Notes under the pieces: model-generated
What the model was told of the DNA's origin: nothing
Database searches by the model: none
The model's input: the letters and a program-made list of their open reading frames with translations, nothing else
Made by a program: the position numbers and the translations under genes
Shown here: positions 29,655-42,477 of the stretch, piece after piece
Layout of the letters: each line of letters opens with the position of its first letter
Numbering within the stretch: position 1 is the first letter of the stretch
Assembly: GCA_028023455.1 (NCBI GenBank)
Contig: JAQFVV010000007.1
Coordinates: 18,042,001 to 18,106,000, forward strand
Length of the DNA: 64,000 bases
Reading direction: 5' to 3'
Origin: Epiperipatus broadwayi
Lineage: Eukaryota > Animalia > Onychophora

Positions 29655-29750
29655 TTTTTTTTTCATATGTCAAAGCATTAGCCGGGAAGTGAACCCAGGA
29701 CAACTGCTTGTAAGGCAGCTGTATTAACCACTCGGCCACCAATGCTTGAC
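29655..29750 (-). mobile_element. tRNA-Gly-derived short SINE copy with >=12-bp TSD
   Basis: TSD GAATTTGTTTTC at 29643-29654 and 29751-29762; tRNA-like body at 29674-29745. Confidence 0.9.
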
Positions 29751-30729
29751 GAATTTGTTTTCTTTTTCATTTAATTTTATAAATGAATAATATAAAAAAT
29801 CACCTTCGACCTTTTCAGGTATTTAAAAGCTGACTTGTAAATAAGAACAGGTGATGTAAATGGCCCCAATGATGTTAATATAAACACTTTTAGAAAATGA
29901 ATGAATTCTTTTTAATTTTAAGTTTTTTTAAAAAAATGCAAATGAATGAATGTGGATTTGTGATAAATCTGTCAAATTGTGCTTTAAAATATGATATTTG
30001 TTTTATAATTATTAAAATATTTGAAAAACATTTGAATACATTTTTTAACAGGTGATATTATTAGATGATGAGTTTCACATTGAGCATGATCAAGAAAGAA
30101 ACAGCACACTTAAAACAAACCTTTCCTTTGAGAACAAAATGATAAAAACAATTGACATTTTTAACTGTCCATAAAATTTACAGTTTCTAAACATCCTACA
30201 GCAATACAAGCAAAGATAAAGGTAGAACAGCAATCTAAAGTGGCAGAAGCATCATGCTATTTCTGAGGCAAACATCCAACATTTTTTAATGAATATGAGA
30301 GTTGTCAAGTTAATACAAGAAGCTGAGTAATTATGATGTTGCAAGATGTATATTAAAGGTATTTGGGATACCAGTGTTACAACATACAAAAATACTATAT
30401 GTTCTAAAAAGAATTTAGAAAGGCATAGGAAGTTTTATTTTATATGTTGAAATATGGATAGTCAATGAAGTAAAGCAGAAATATGAGGAATACGTCAATT
30501 TTTGCTTAAAAGATGTAAAAAGCACACAGGAGCCTGCATGGTTTGATGCAAGGTAGAGTGACGGGCTCTAAAATTTAAAGTTCATAATTCTAGCGCTTTT
30601 TAAAATTTGTGAATTTTTTACATATCAACAATAAATCTATTTTTCTTATATTAAATCCAAACTCTGATGAAAATAAAACAATCATTATTGTACTATCTAT
30701 AGATTGCATTTATTAAAATATATTTTTAA

Positions 30730-32730
30730 TATTTGAATACAAGTATAATGTATATACTGAACTTACAAGCTCCCTTCAACTATAAACCCCATCTTATACA
30801 ACTGCTGCACATAACTACTTTTATATGAAAAAATATAAATGCTTTCCAATATACATATTTTGTGCTGAACTTATTAGTTGGTCCAGATTATCACCTCACA
30901 CACACATATATATATAATCACTGCTCAGTTTATATTAAATAGCAAATCTTCAAACTTTAATGAACATGCTTTAATCTACTCCATCCTCCAAACTCATCAG
31001 CCATCTATATTATTGAAAATCTGATGAGTCTTTGTTGATGCCAATATTATGGTCATGTTCATGTTGACCTTGAGACACTCTGACCCTTCATATTCAGGAC
31101 CTTAATATGTCTATTTAAATATACAGCAGAGGGATGGGCAGAATTCAGGCTGAATTTGTAATATTTGAAAATAATGTATAAAATAATGAGCATGCTAATA
31201 GCTTTAAAGAAGCTTCTCCAATAAATGCTGCAAGAAAAAGCATTTAAAATCTCTATCTAGAATTATCCCTATCCCAAACTGGTTTTGAGTAATGGCTCTC
31301 GTCAATGAGGCACTAGGACATTCAAACTCTAGATCTTTTATACAAACTCAAGCCCAGAATTAATCTAATACTTAATTATTAAGTAGAAAATCTGAAATTT
31401 TCAGACATCTATATGTCTTCAAATCCATCTATCTAACTTAAATAGCTATATGGGTCTGAATAATTTTCAGCTAGACACCATATATTATTAGCCTTAGCAA
31501 TATAACATCACCAAAGCCTTTAGATGTAATTAGAGGTATTTGAACACAAATGTTCAAGTTCTCTTTAACTATTCACTCCATTTTATGTAACTGATATACA
31601 TGACCACCTACATGCAAAAAAGATAATTGATCTCCAATATATGTATTTTGTGCTGAACCAGCCCTCATCTGTTGATCCAGATCATCATCTCTCACACATA
31701 TATATTTATAATCAGTGCTCAGTTTTTATCATGATTGAAAATCTTCAAACTTTAAGGGTCATGCTTCAATCAACCACCCTCCCACTCTTCAGCTATCCGT
31801 ATTATTGAAAATCTGATAATGAATTGATCAAAGCTCTTGTTGATACCAATATTGTTGTCAAACTCATGTTGATTTTATGTCATTCTGACTCCTCATATAT
31901 AATATCTTAATATGTCCATTTAAATATATAGAATGACTTAAAATTAACACAGGTATGATTGGCATGAACAAGGGCATTAACCATTTCACCATCAGATTTT
32001 CAATATGAAAGGCTGAAGAGTTGAAGGGTGGTGAAGATTGAAGCATGTCCATTAAAGTTTGAAGATTTTCATTTATAACAAAAACTGAGCACTGATTATA
32101 TATGTGTATGAGAGATGATGATCTGGATCAATAGATGAGTGCTGGTTTAGCACAAAATATGTATATTGGAGATCATTTATCTTTTTCACATGTAAGTGGT
32201 AATGGGTAAGGTTGTATAAGATGGAGTGGATAGTTAAAGAGAATTTGAAAGTCTGTGTTCAAATTCTCTCAGAATATATATTATACTTGTATTCAAATAT
32301 TACAAATTTAGCCTGAATTCTGCCCCATCTGTCTGCTGTATATTTAAATAGATATATTAAGGTCCTGTATATGAGAGGGTTGAATGACTTAAGGCCAACA
32401 TGAACATGACAATAATATTCACATTAACAAAGACTCATTAGATTTTCAATAATATAGATGTCTGATGAGTTGGAGGGTGGAGAAGATTGAAGTCTGTCCA
32501 TTAAAGATGGAAGATTTGTTACTTTAATATAAACCGAACACTGATTATATATATATGTGGAAGATGATGATTTGGCCAACTGATGAATGCTGGTTTAGCA
32601 CAATATATATATATTGGGGATCTTTTTTTTTTTCACAAAGTATGTGGTTATGTGTATTGGTTATATAAGATTAAGTGAATTGTTGAAGGCAGCTTGAAAG
32701 TCCATGTTCAAATTCTCTCTAAAATATATT
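30730..32730. mobile_element. Family B complex: two minus-sense monomers (30730-31190, 31540-31975) separated by an old family A-like piece (31200-31535), then two plus-sense tandem monomers (31980-32730, period about 449 bp)
   Basis: Repeated landmarks: HHR remnant at ~32125-32175 and ~32570-32620 (+) and ~30845-30890 and ~31630-31680 (-); gttcaaattctctc recurs about 449 bp apart (~32260, ~32707). Confidence 0.85.
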
Positions 32731-33339
32731 TTTATAAACTATAAATTTCTTTTACTAGTAACAATATAACACCTTAAAATTCAAAGCCCAAAATTTTTGT
32801 AAGTAGTAATTAATCTAATGAATCAAAATAATACTTTGAAATTTTGATTACATAATCGAAATTTTTGAATTTTTGGCTTAATAATTCTATTTGTACTATA
32901 AAAGTTCTGGCAGGGGAAACTAGAGTTCTATGTTATAATTACAATTGACATGAAGTGGTTAGAATTAAAAGTAAATTTATCACAATTCTCAATTTTATAT
33001 AAACACATGTTTAAAAAGACATTATATGCCTTAAAAATGAATAGTTATTGAGATGACAAAAAAAAAAAAAAAATTATACAAGGAAAAAAGAAAAAGCAGC
33101 AGGTTTATGTTAAAAATAGCAAAAGAAATATTAAGATTAAAATTTGTAGAGGAGATAAATTATGAAAATAGTTTGACTCAGAATAAAAGGATATCTTATA
33201 TCTTATAGAATTTGTAGAATTGAAAATTTTATAATAAAATCTTTTTTTTTTTTAATCTTTTTTTAAAAAATGGGCATGTACATAGATAACGATAATAATA
33301 ATAATACTAAATGGGCACTTATAATTGAATATGGCCAAT

Positions 33340-33860
33340 TCTAATTCCAAGAAGAAGAAAAAGAGAGAAAAAGTAAAAATCTGCTCTAGAAATAAGATTT
33401 GCATGATTGTACAACCCAAACTGTGACCACAAATACATCCATGCATAAAACATGGTGATCCATTTATTCGTTTACTTAATACTTTACTACGTTTCAATTT
33501 CTTCAATAGAAAACCTTTCGTTCTGATTAATTCCAAACTGTGTTTAATTGTAGCTTTCCAATATATTTAATTCCTGCCATATCTTCCCAATAAAACAATT
33601 GATATTGCACTTTTATAGAATGACTTTGAAATATAGATGGGCTTTATTTCTTCTACAAAGACCATGTTCACCATAGAGTACTCTTTTAGGAAACTTAGCA
33701 TTGTTCAACCATTTTAAATGTCAATTCAAAGATATGATTTTATAGTAGAAAATGTTATAATACCATATCTAGAAAATTGAATAACATAATGATTGGTTTA
33801 TTGGTGTTAGAAATGTCTGTGTAATAGAATGGAAAATGTGGTTTCCCAAACACACAACTT
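33340..33860 (-). mobile_element. BovB-like RTE 3' fragment
   Basis: Minus-strand translation: FPKRVLYGE, KCNIN..WEDMA, and a terminal C.CG Cys motif. Confidence 0.65.
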
Positions 33861-34794
33861 CATTATTGCAATTAGTATAGAGAGATGCTATACCTTATAG
33901 TATGTGAGGCTCATGATATAATTAGACATTATAATTGCTTAAGTAAGCTAAAATGAAAAGGAGGGAGAAAGAGCCAATATCAGAATAATTACATTATAAC
34001 GCTTGTCCAAAATTATAATAGACACAATGCATTTTAAACTGGTATTGCGTATATACGTTTAGGCAGAATATATGTATTGTGAACTTTATTAGTGTTTACG
34101 TTATAGCTCTAAAATTAAATTGGTGAAAACTGATACTATTATCTAATTGTAATTTTATAGTAAAAGACTACCTAGTACACTCTTTCCTATTAAGGAATAT
34201 TAATAAACTTCAATTAATTAATGAATAAGATGTCTTAAATTTACTTTGACAAATATTTTGTTCAAGCCTCGCGTGTATTTTTAATAAAAATATAAGATTA
34301 ACTTTTTGTAATATCAGCAAATTATTTTTTCTAGATATTTTTCGTTTTCACGTGAAAGACAAAAACCCGAGGCTCTAAAGATTCTTACAGTCGATATTAT
34401 TGATTACTTTCTGATCAATAAAATTAAAAACAATAGCTTGGTTTCGATTGTTAAATAATTGTACATTCAATTCATGAAATACTGGATGAATGCGTGTCAG
34501 CTGGGAATAGTATTTTTTTTCTTTTTTTTAATTGGAAAAAAAAAAAGTAGTGAAACCTTCTAATTAAAAAGAATTATAGATTTTTTAAAAAATATATGTA
34601 TTAAAAAGTTTTTATTTGGAAGTATTTCAATATCTGCCAGCGAACTTATGTGTCTGCTTAATTATTAAAGTATATTTTCAAGCACAAATTAGAGTTGATC
34701 TTCTTTGCTGTTTTCTGATAAAATTATGAATCTGAAAGCAGTATTGAAAGAAAACGTTGCGGCATAAGTTTGTGTTAAATTAGTTGGTGACTGG

Positions 34795-36960
34795 TTATCA
34801 TCATCAATCTTTCAGTCATTATTGAGTCACTGTGGGATGGTCTGTTCAAGTTTAATGTATTTAATCTGATCGCTAGTTCCCTTTTACATGATGTAGAATC
34901 GAATTATTTTATTTCATCCTTTCATCTAACGTGTGGTAACACTTTAGGTCTTTAAACATTTAAACCGTTAGATGTTCATCTATTATCTCTCTTCTAGAAA
35001 TATGTCCAGCCCAGATCGATTTCAATTTTTTAAGTCTCACTGATGTTGATGTTAGCTGTTTGTTCTCTAACTTGTATTTCATTTTTGATCTCTCCTTATT
35101 ACTCATTATATACATCTTTAACAGAGGCAGAACTTTCCATACAGTGCAAGCCAGAATAATCAATAGATGCAAGAAGGTTTGTGCACAAAATCCCTATCTA
35201 CTGCCTACTGTATGGAAAGTTTTGCCTCTGTTGTAACAGCTTGTGTAAGCATAGGGAATGGTAATCATGTGATTTTTGGTGGTTACATACACCTTTCCAT
35301 ACTTCATTGAGTAGTCTGTAGTCTCTGTATTGATTTTTTGTTAAGTGTCCAAGTCTCTGATCCATAAGTTAAATTGATAAAACACATTTCTTGAAAAACT
35401 TCCTTTTAAACACATAAGTGTTCATGTCTCTGATCCATAAATTAAACTGATAAAACACATTTTTTGAAAACCTTTCTTTTAAACACATAAGTGTCCAAGT
35501 CTCTGATCCATAAGTTAAATTTATAAAACACATTTCCTGAAAAACTTCATTTTAAACACTTAAGTGTCCATGTTTCTGATTCATAAGTTAAATTGATAAA
35601 ACACATTTTTTGAAAAAAAACTTCTTTTTAAACACATAAGTGTTCATATCTCTGATCCATAAGTTGAATTGATAAAACACATTTCTTGAAAACCTTTCTT
35701 TTAAACACATAAGTGTCTATGTTTCTGATCCATAAGTTAAATTGATAAAACACATTTTTTGAAAACCTTTCTTTTAAACACATAAGTGTCCAAGTCTCTG
35801 ATCCATAAGTTAAATTTATAAAACACATTTCCTGAAAAACTTCCTTTTAAACACTTAAGTGTCCAGGTTTCTGATCCATAAGTTAAATTGATAAAATACA
35901 TTTTTTGAAAAACTTTCTTTTAAACACATAAGTGTCCAAGTCTCTGATCCATAAGTTAAATTGATAAAACACATTTCTTGAATTAACGTCTTCTAATTCA
36001 TGATTATCAATTGTTATTTCCTTCTTTTGAAAAAAAATCCATTTAACTTAATTTAGTCCTTTTAGCATTGATCTCTACTATCCTACTTTCTTATTTTAAT
36101 CTGATAACTCTTGCAATCTTTTCTGAAATTCTGAATCACCATTGGAAAAAACAACCACATTATCTAAAAAATATAGATGACTTAATTAAATAATCTTCAT
36201 TTACTTTTACTCCCTTTGTTTCATAGTTTAGTCCACAAAAAGACTTCTTATAAACCTGTGCCTTAAACATGCTAATGTACAGCCAATCAGATGTAATAAT
36301 AACTGCACATGGACCTTTTAATTCTAAAACACAAGTCAGAACTATCAGAAAAAGATGGGACCCACCTTCTTCTATGCCTCAATTTATATATAAATAAGCC
36401 AGACTCAAGCATTTCGAACTACAAGTGTGAAACTTGTAAAGCTGCTATAAGAAGTTTTGGATATCTAGAATTACAATGATATACACCTTTATCAATGATA
36501 ATCTTCTTAGTTAACAATGTAATCTAATTATTGCTATTGCATTTTGGTAAATATTTATCAGAATATGATGTATTGATCTAATGCTTTAATCATTGTAGAA
36601 ACACTTATATAATCAAATCCCTTTAAATAATCTACAAAACCAAAGCATAATGGCAAATCGTACCCTTTATATATCTTTTGTCAATACTTATATGCAATTC
36701 CACTTTTATTTCCAATATTTGTGCCTTTGTAATAAAGTACATATCCATTTTTAAAATCAATTACATATTTACATTTTCTTCTAACTTCACAATCCAACAA
36801 TGTTCCATTTAATATTAGACAATTCTTTCAATTTGGGAAATCTTTCTTTACTTGAAAGTGATCTGTAGTCACAGATATCTAAATAAGAAGTTGTTATTCA
36901 ATGATAGTCTGAGCTCATGTTCAGGCAATTTTAGCACCACCTCCTTCCACCTTCAACTAC
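34795..36960 (-). mobile_element. Decayed RTE LINE (RT to 3' end) carrying a family C insertion and an internal minisatellite
   Basis: Minus-strand motifs in order: YRSLS (YRPISL-like), FVDY, KIIIDKG, SHLYFLDNVV (FADD-like), TYGSETWTL, KKLKSIWAGHISRR; (GAT)n tail near 34800. Confidence 0.8.
35342..35982. repeat. 73-bp minisatellite, about 9 copies, derived from RTE RT C-terminal coding sequence
   Basis: Unit taagtgtccaagtctctgatccataagttaaattgataaaacacatttcttgaaaaacttccttttaaacaca; its reverse complement corresponds to KRKVFKKCVLS(I)/TYGSETWTL. Confidence 0.95.
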
Positions 36961-37488
36961 TTACCACTATCTTCGCTGATGACTATAGTATCCTGGGATT
37001 AAGGACTTTAAATTAGTTTTATCTGCCATGATTGTAAATATCTATTATAAAAGAGATATAATTCACACACACACACACATCATCCTGCCTTCAAAAAAAC
37101 TCAATAATATTTCAATTAAAAATTGTCAAGCAACCAAGAAAAAAGTCTTTTTTTAAAATCTTAATATCAGAAGTAAAAGGCCTCACCATGCTGGATAATG
37201 CATGTTGATGAGCAGCCTATCCATGTTTGTTTATTTTAAGAATAGTAAATAGTAATAAGATATGCAGTGGACATCAGAAATTAATCCTGCTCAGTTTCTT
37301 TAAGACCTGAAATATGAATCAAAACATCTTTTTTCAGTTAATAGTAAACTCCTTTTTGCATGTTTGTAATGGCATATATGTACACAATATAATAATAAAA
37401 TAACACAGCTGTTGTTACTGACAGAGACAATAATATTTTATATAATATTAACAAATAAATAGTACATATATGCCTGGTGCTTTTGACT

Positions 37489-38413
37489 TAAATCCATATC
37501 AAGGCAATAAACTGTATAGTAAACTAATCAATAAACATCAAAATGGCTATTATGTAGACCAGGATGAACTAATAGATAAACTAGTCAATTTAAAATTTAC
37601 TGCATAAGGAATATTTTTGATTACTTATGATTTTTTAATTTTATGCTTTTTATTTTAATATCTCAAAAGATTGTGGATGAAAAAAATGCCCCATTGAAGA
37701 TTGATAAATATAAAAAGCAGAATAAACCAAATCATCTATTACTGCTTTATTATAAGTGTGATTATGTTGCTTAAGATAGTATTTCATATTGGTATTTGTT
37801 TCACCAATATATACAGCAACACAACAGGGTGTTGACATAAAATAGAATACACTACATTACTCCTATTATTAATATTAGTACAAAATCTTGTATTCTTTAA
37901 GATTTTATTGAGATTAGGTGGGGTTTTCCAAGCAATACAAAAATTATGTGTAAATACCTTAATAGTTGATGAGATAAAAGCCAAACACATCCACAGTTTA
38001 TTGGATTTTATAATATTCCTATTATACTGCAACTTTTTATAAAAATTATCAACTAATAATAATAATATACACTTACTCTAACCTACTTGGACCAAATTCT
38101 AAAAATAATCTATATTGTCTTTATGCTACACTCTACATTAACATAAACATTGATTGCATGATAAAAAAGATTTAAAACCAGCCATTTTATGACTAGCTGG
38201 TATATTTTTCACCCACTATCTATTAAAATATTAATGCATAAAATGCAGAATAAAAGGCATAAAATTAAAGAATCATATGTCTCTTTATGTGATAAATTCT
38301 AAATTGATTAGTTTTCCTATTAGTTTATCCTGGTCTACATAATAGCCATTTTGATGTTTATCGATTAGTTTTCTATACAGTTTATTACCTTAATAAGGAC
38401 TTGGGTCGAAAGC
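37489..38413 (-). mobile_element. Penelope-like element remnant: frameshifted GIY-YIG endonuclease (~37650-38030) between inverted HHR-bearing terminal repeats (37489-37652 and 38250-38413)
   Basis: Two overlapping minus ORFs join as NVVYSI..PCC.AVYIGETN..MK..LKQH, matching the PLE (G)VY-I-C-C-YIG-T motif; the right arm holds CTTAATAA-GGAC-TTGG-GTC-GAAA-GCTC. Confidence 0.8.
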
Positions 38414-39239
38414 TCTAGATATCTGTGTATTCTTTGTTAATATTATATAAAATATTATCTCTGTCAGTAACAACAGTCATGTTGTTTTATTATTATTTTA
38501 AGTATAGAGAGAAGTATTTGTGTATTGTATGGATACAATATATAATACAGATCTTTATAGGATTTTATAGTAACGTTCTTTGTGCACCATATGTACTTCT
38601 CATGATTTTGAACCTGGCTAAAATTTAGATTTTTTTTTTAAGTAGCCAAGGATTTTCAAGTAAGCATAAGATTTCAAAAGCTGGCTATAGTATTTACATT
38701 AAGTTCAGAGCCATTTTTTATAAACATGTGTAATCAACAAATGTAACCAGATACCTTGACTAGTTTCATGCTAATGACCATATTAGTGAGCAGAAATCTA
38801 ACCAGGGGAAGTGGGTGGAGTCTTCTCATGTATAATAAGTGTCTTTGGATTAAATAGAGAAAGAGGCATTTGAAGATGAAATGCAGAGTGTAACAAAGAA
38901 AGTCAGATCATGCTTTGGTCCACAGTTAATTACTCAGCAATCATTATTTGGTTAGTAAATGTCTAATTATGGGCATAAAACAAGGTAAGGAGGAAATACT
39001 GCAAAAATCTCCATGATCTACCAGTCAATCGGACTGCTCAGTTTGTTTTTTCACAATTTTCCTACAGGAAGGTGCTGGAAATGCCACTATCATACAAAGT
39101 CTATTTAAGATTAGTTCAGCAGTGGCTGATCCATAAGCATTGTGGTCCTATGACACTCCCAGAAAAAAATTAATTATTACATTTATGTTTGAAAATATCA
39201 ATAATATAACAATCATTCAATACATATTATACCATTTAC

Positions 39240-39449
39240 AACTTTCTTAAGCACTTTATCAATACTATTTATTTATATCAAAACTAATAGTTTTGACTAT
39301 CCTTCCATCATCATCAGAGCCCTTTACAATCCTATTTTTAAAAATCCAACAGAAATAGGATTGTAAAGAGCTCTGATGATGATGGCAGGACAGTCAGAAC
39401 TATTAGTTTTGATATAAATAAATAGTATTGATAAAGTGCTTAAAAAGTT
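39240..39449. repeat. Foldback (about 100-bp arms) with CTGATGA HHR-like cores
   Basis: Near-perfect arms; right arm CTGATGA(39373-39379)..GTCAGAAC, left arm (-) CTGATGA..GTCAAAAC. Confidence 0.85.
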
Positions 39450-39689
39450 AGGAAAAGGAAGAAGATGAGAATCATTCAATATGTTGCAAAATTATTATGT
39501 AACTACAAATAATTAAACCACTTTTTAAAACAATTATTTTAATTGCTGCTAGATATTTTATTCAAAGATGCTGCTAATAACGACAGTGACAAAAAATATA
39601 TTTGGTGAATTTAAGCAAGTTCTGCCAAGATTTGTTTGCTTTTATTAATGCATATAACTAATGCCATTAGAGCACTCATGGTAGTAGCT

Positions 39690-40180
39690 TCAGTCACTAT
39701 TTAAGTATGATGGAGAACTAGTATGGAGGGTAAGAAGAGTTTAAATATATGTAGAAGTAAACGGAATATTGGATGTGAGTTAATTTATGATAATAGTAAG
39801 GAAAGTAGTTTATTATTTAAGGCTTGAATGGGATCTTTAGCAACAAGAGAATATACATGTAAATGGAAAACCATGGATAATTTAGTGTGCAGATTGTGTA
39901 AGGAAAGTATAGAAAATATTAGGCACCTGTTGATTGAATGTAAATGCTTGAAAGCAGAAAGGGTACAGATAATGAAATTATGGGAGGATAGACATGAACA
40001 AAGTGGCTATACAGAAAGTGAGTTATTAGTTTTTATGTTGGGTTTGCGAAGAGATAAGGGGGATTTAGATATAAAGGCCATAGAGTTGACAAAGTTTATG
40101 TTGTGGAAATGGAATGGGGCAGAAAATGGGAAGACTTAAGAGTGGGGAATGGAGAATAAAATGGCTAACAGGTTTATCTG
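39690..40180 (+). mobile_element. Non-LTR retrotransposon ORF2 3' fragment with CCHC zinc knuckle
   Basis: YDNSKESSLLFKA*MGSLATREY..CRLCKESIENIRHLLIEC (CX2CX8HX4C) in and upstream of ORF 39828-40139. Confidence 0.8.
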
Positions 40181-42477
40181 GGCATAATTGCTGAGATATT
40201 TTTGACTTCGTTTAAGGAGAAGCCAAATACATCACATATGTTTATCTGTTCTAGTTTTTCTACAGAGCGAATATATTTTTATTGTTTTAGAATGATCAAT
40301 AAAACATTTTGTTTTTTCCTTGTAATTAATATTTAATTATAAAAGTATATGCTCTAATTCTTCTACAAACCATCAGATACTTTTACCAAAAAATGTGACA
40401 ACCCCTACTCCTCCACCAACTCTAAGCCCTAGATGTCCTCTATAAATGTAATATAACCCATCACATTACTAAAATTATTACTCCTGCCCATCACGTCGCC
40501 CTATGTACATCTCCATTGGTTTGGTTTTCAACAACACAAAGGATACCTTACCAATTGACCCTTGCTCTCAAGTGGTTTACAAGATTAAATGCCATGAACG
40601 TACCTGTCCCTCCATTTAATACGGGTAATCTCGGGCAAACTTGTCTACACATATAACCCAACACTCATACCTATATAATAAAGCTAGAACAAATACATAT
40701 ACACAATATTTTTTGAACATTTTTCTATAACTGATCATCCCTTTGTTCCTTTATCTGTTAACATCGTGTGCACTGAAAACAGAGACTTTAAACAAAAAAT
40801 TAAAGAGGCGTGGCATATCTCAGGTGACAAAAATTCTATCAATAGAAAAAATCATGCTTGCTCCTCTCAAAAAGATGGCCTATTCTTCCTAACTAATTTT
40901 CATATTTAAATTTTATGTAAATTAGCAATAACAGCATTTATAGACACCCACTCCCACTTTCCAATTTATGCTACATCTGTGACTTAATAGTCGAAAATCG
41001 GCTAAGCACATACTGTTTTTTTTTTTTAAAAAAAAAAACGGATTTTATGAAAGCTTTTTTTATAGGATCTTCTTATATTTGTTATTAATATTTATAAGTT
41101 AACATACAAATATTTGTTACAGAAAAATATAATAAAAAAAATATTATTTTAAATAGTTATCGTGATGAGTGTTAAAAATTTCCCAATTGGCATACTATTA
41201 AAAAAATGACGGTCGATCTTCAGATATTATTTGTTCTATAGCAGTTAGTAAAAATAAAAAATACATTCGATTTTTTAATAAAGGTTGATGTGGAAAAATA
41301 AAATGATTGTGTGGTCTCTTGTTTTTCTTGACTACTTTTTAGTGGCGATATTATTATAAAGCGCCCCTGCTTAAAAGTTTCACGGCCACCACTGGATTAG
41401 TTTGCATTTTTATCTATACAATAGTCAATATATCAATTTAAGAATGATGGACAACAATGTGAGATTTTTTGAAGTCATATATTGTATGTCCAAATTATTG
41501 AAAAAAATGGTATTAAAATTTATCTTCTCTGCAATCCCATGAATGTAATTTTCTTGCTCCAGTTTACCCCGTAGTTTTTTCCTCTCTCTCCATATATATA
41601 TTGTAACAATTGCACTCACACACATATATATATATGAGTGATATATATATACGGCGTATGTGATTATTACAATTTATTGTGAAGATGCCATGATTGATGC
41701 ATGGACAACTATGACACTATGTTCCCTAATAAATACCATAATGATTATTATTAATCATTTTTGGACTATATATTATTGTTAAATATGATGCCCATGAAAT
41801 AATTAACTCCATTCTATTTTTCTCCATGCAGCTATAATTATACAACTATAATTTTAATTTTACCATATATATTATGAATAAAGGTATCTAAAATGATAAA
41901 TAACTCCAAGATGCCTTTCATGCTGAACCAGTGCTCATTAGTCAGTCCAGATCATCATATCTCTCATGTCTATATTATCCCTGCTCAGCATTTATCTATA
42001 TCAAATTATTATAAGTTATTGTCAAGGTGCCAAATTTACTTCTTCCATAAATACAACACTGATCCTTTGTAGATAAATATTTCAATGAGTATTACCAATC
42101 ACTTTTAAGCTAGAAATTAATCATTATTTTAAATTCAGATATGCACTTTAAACTTTAATTAAAGATGAATATATTAAAAAACATTGAACACTATCAGATG
42201 GAATAATTGATTCCATTTTACTTTTTTTCATACCTATAACTTTAATTTTACCACATATACTGTGAATGCACAAAAATCCCAGAATGCATTTCATTCTGAA
42301 TCAGAATTCTTCAGTTGGTCTAGATCAGAGCTTTCTCACATGATTAAATTATCATTACTCAGTATTTATCAATGCATACAATTTACTGTCAAAAGTGCCA
42401 CACAACTATGACATCATTCTGTCCATATAAATATTTTTGATGATTATCAATAATTAGTTTTAGGCTAAAATTATCAT

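Noticed and set aside
35342-35982. CRISPR-like regular array
   Set aside because: The units are contiguous with no unique spacers, derive from LINE RT sequence, and have no cas genes nearby in a eukaryotic context.
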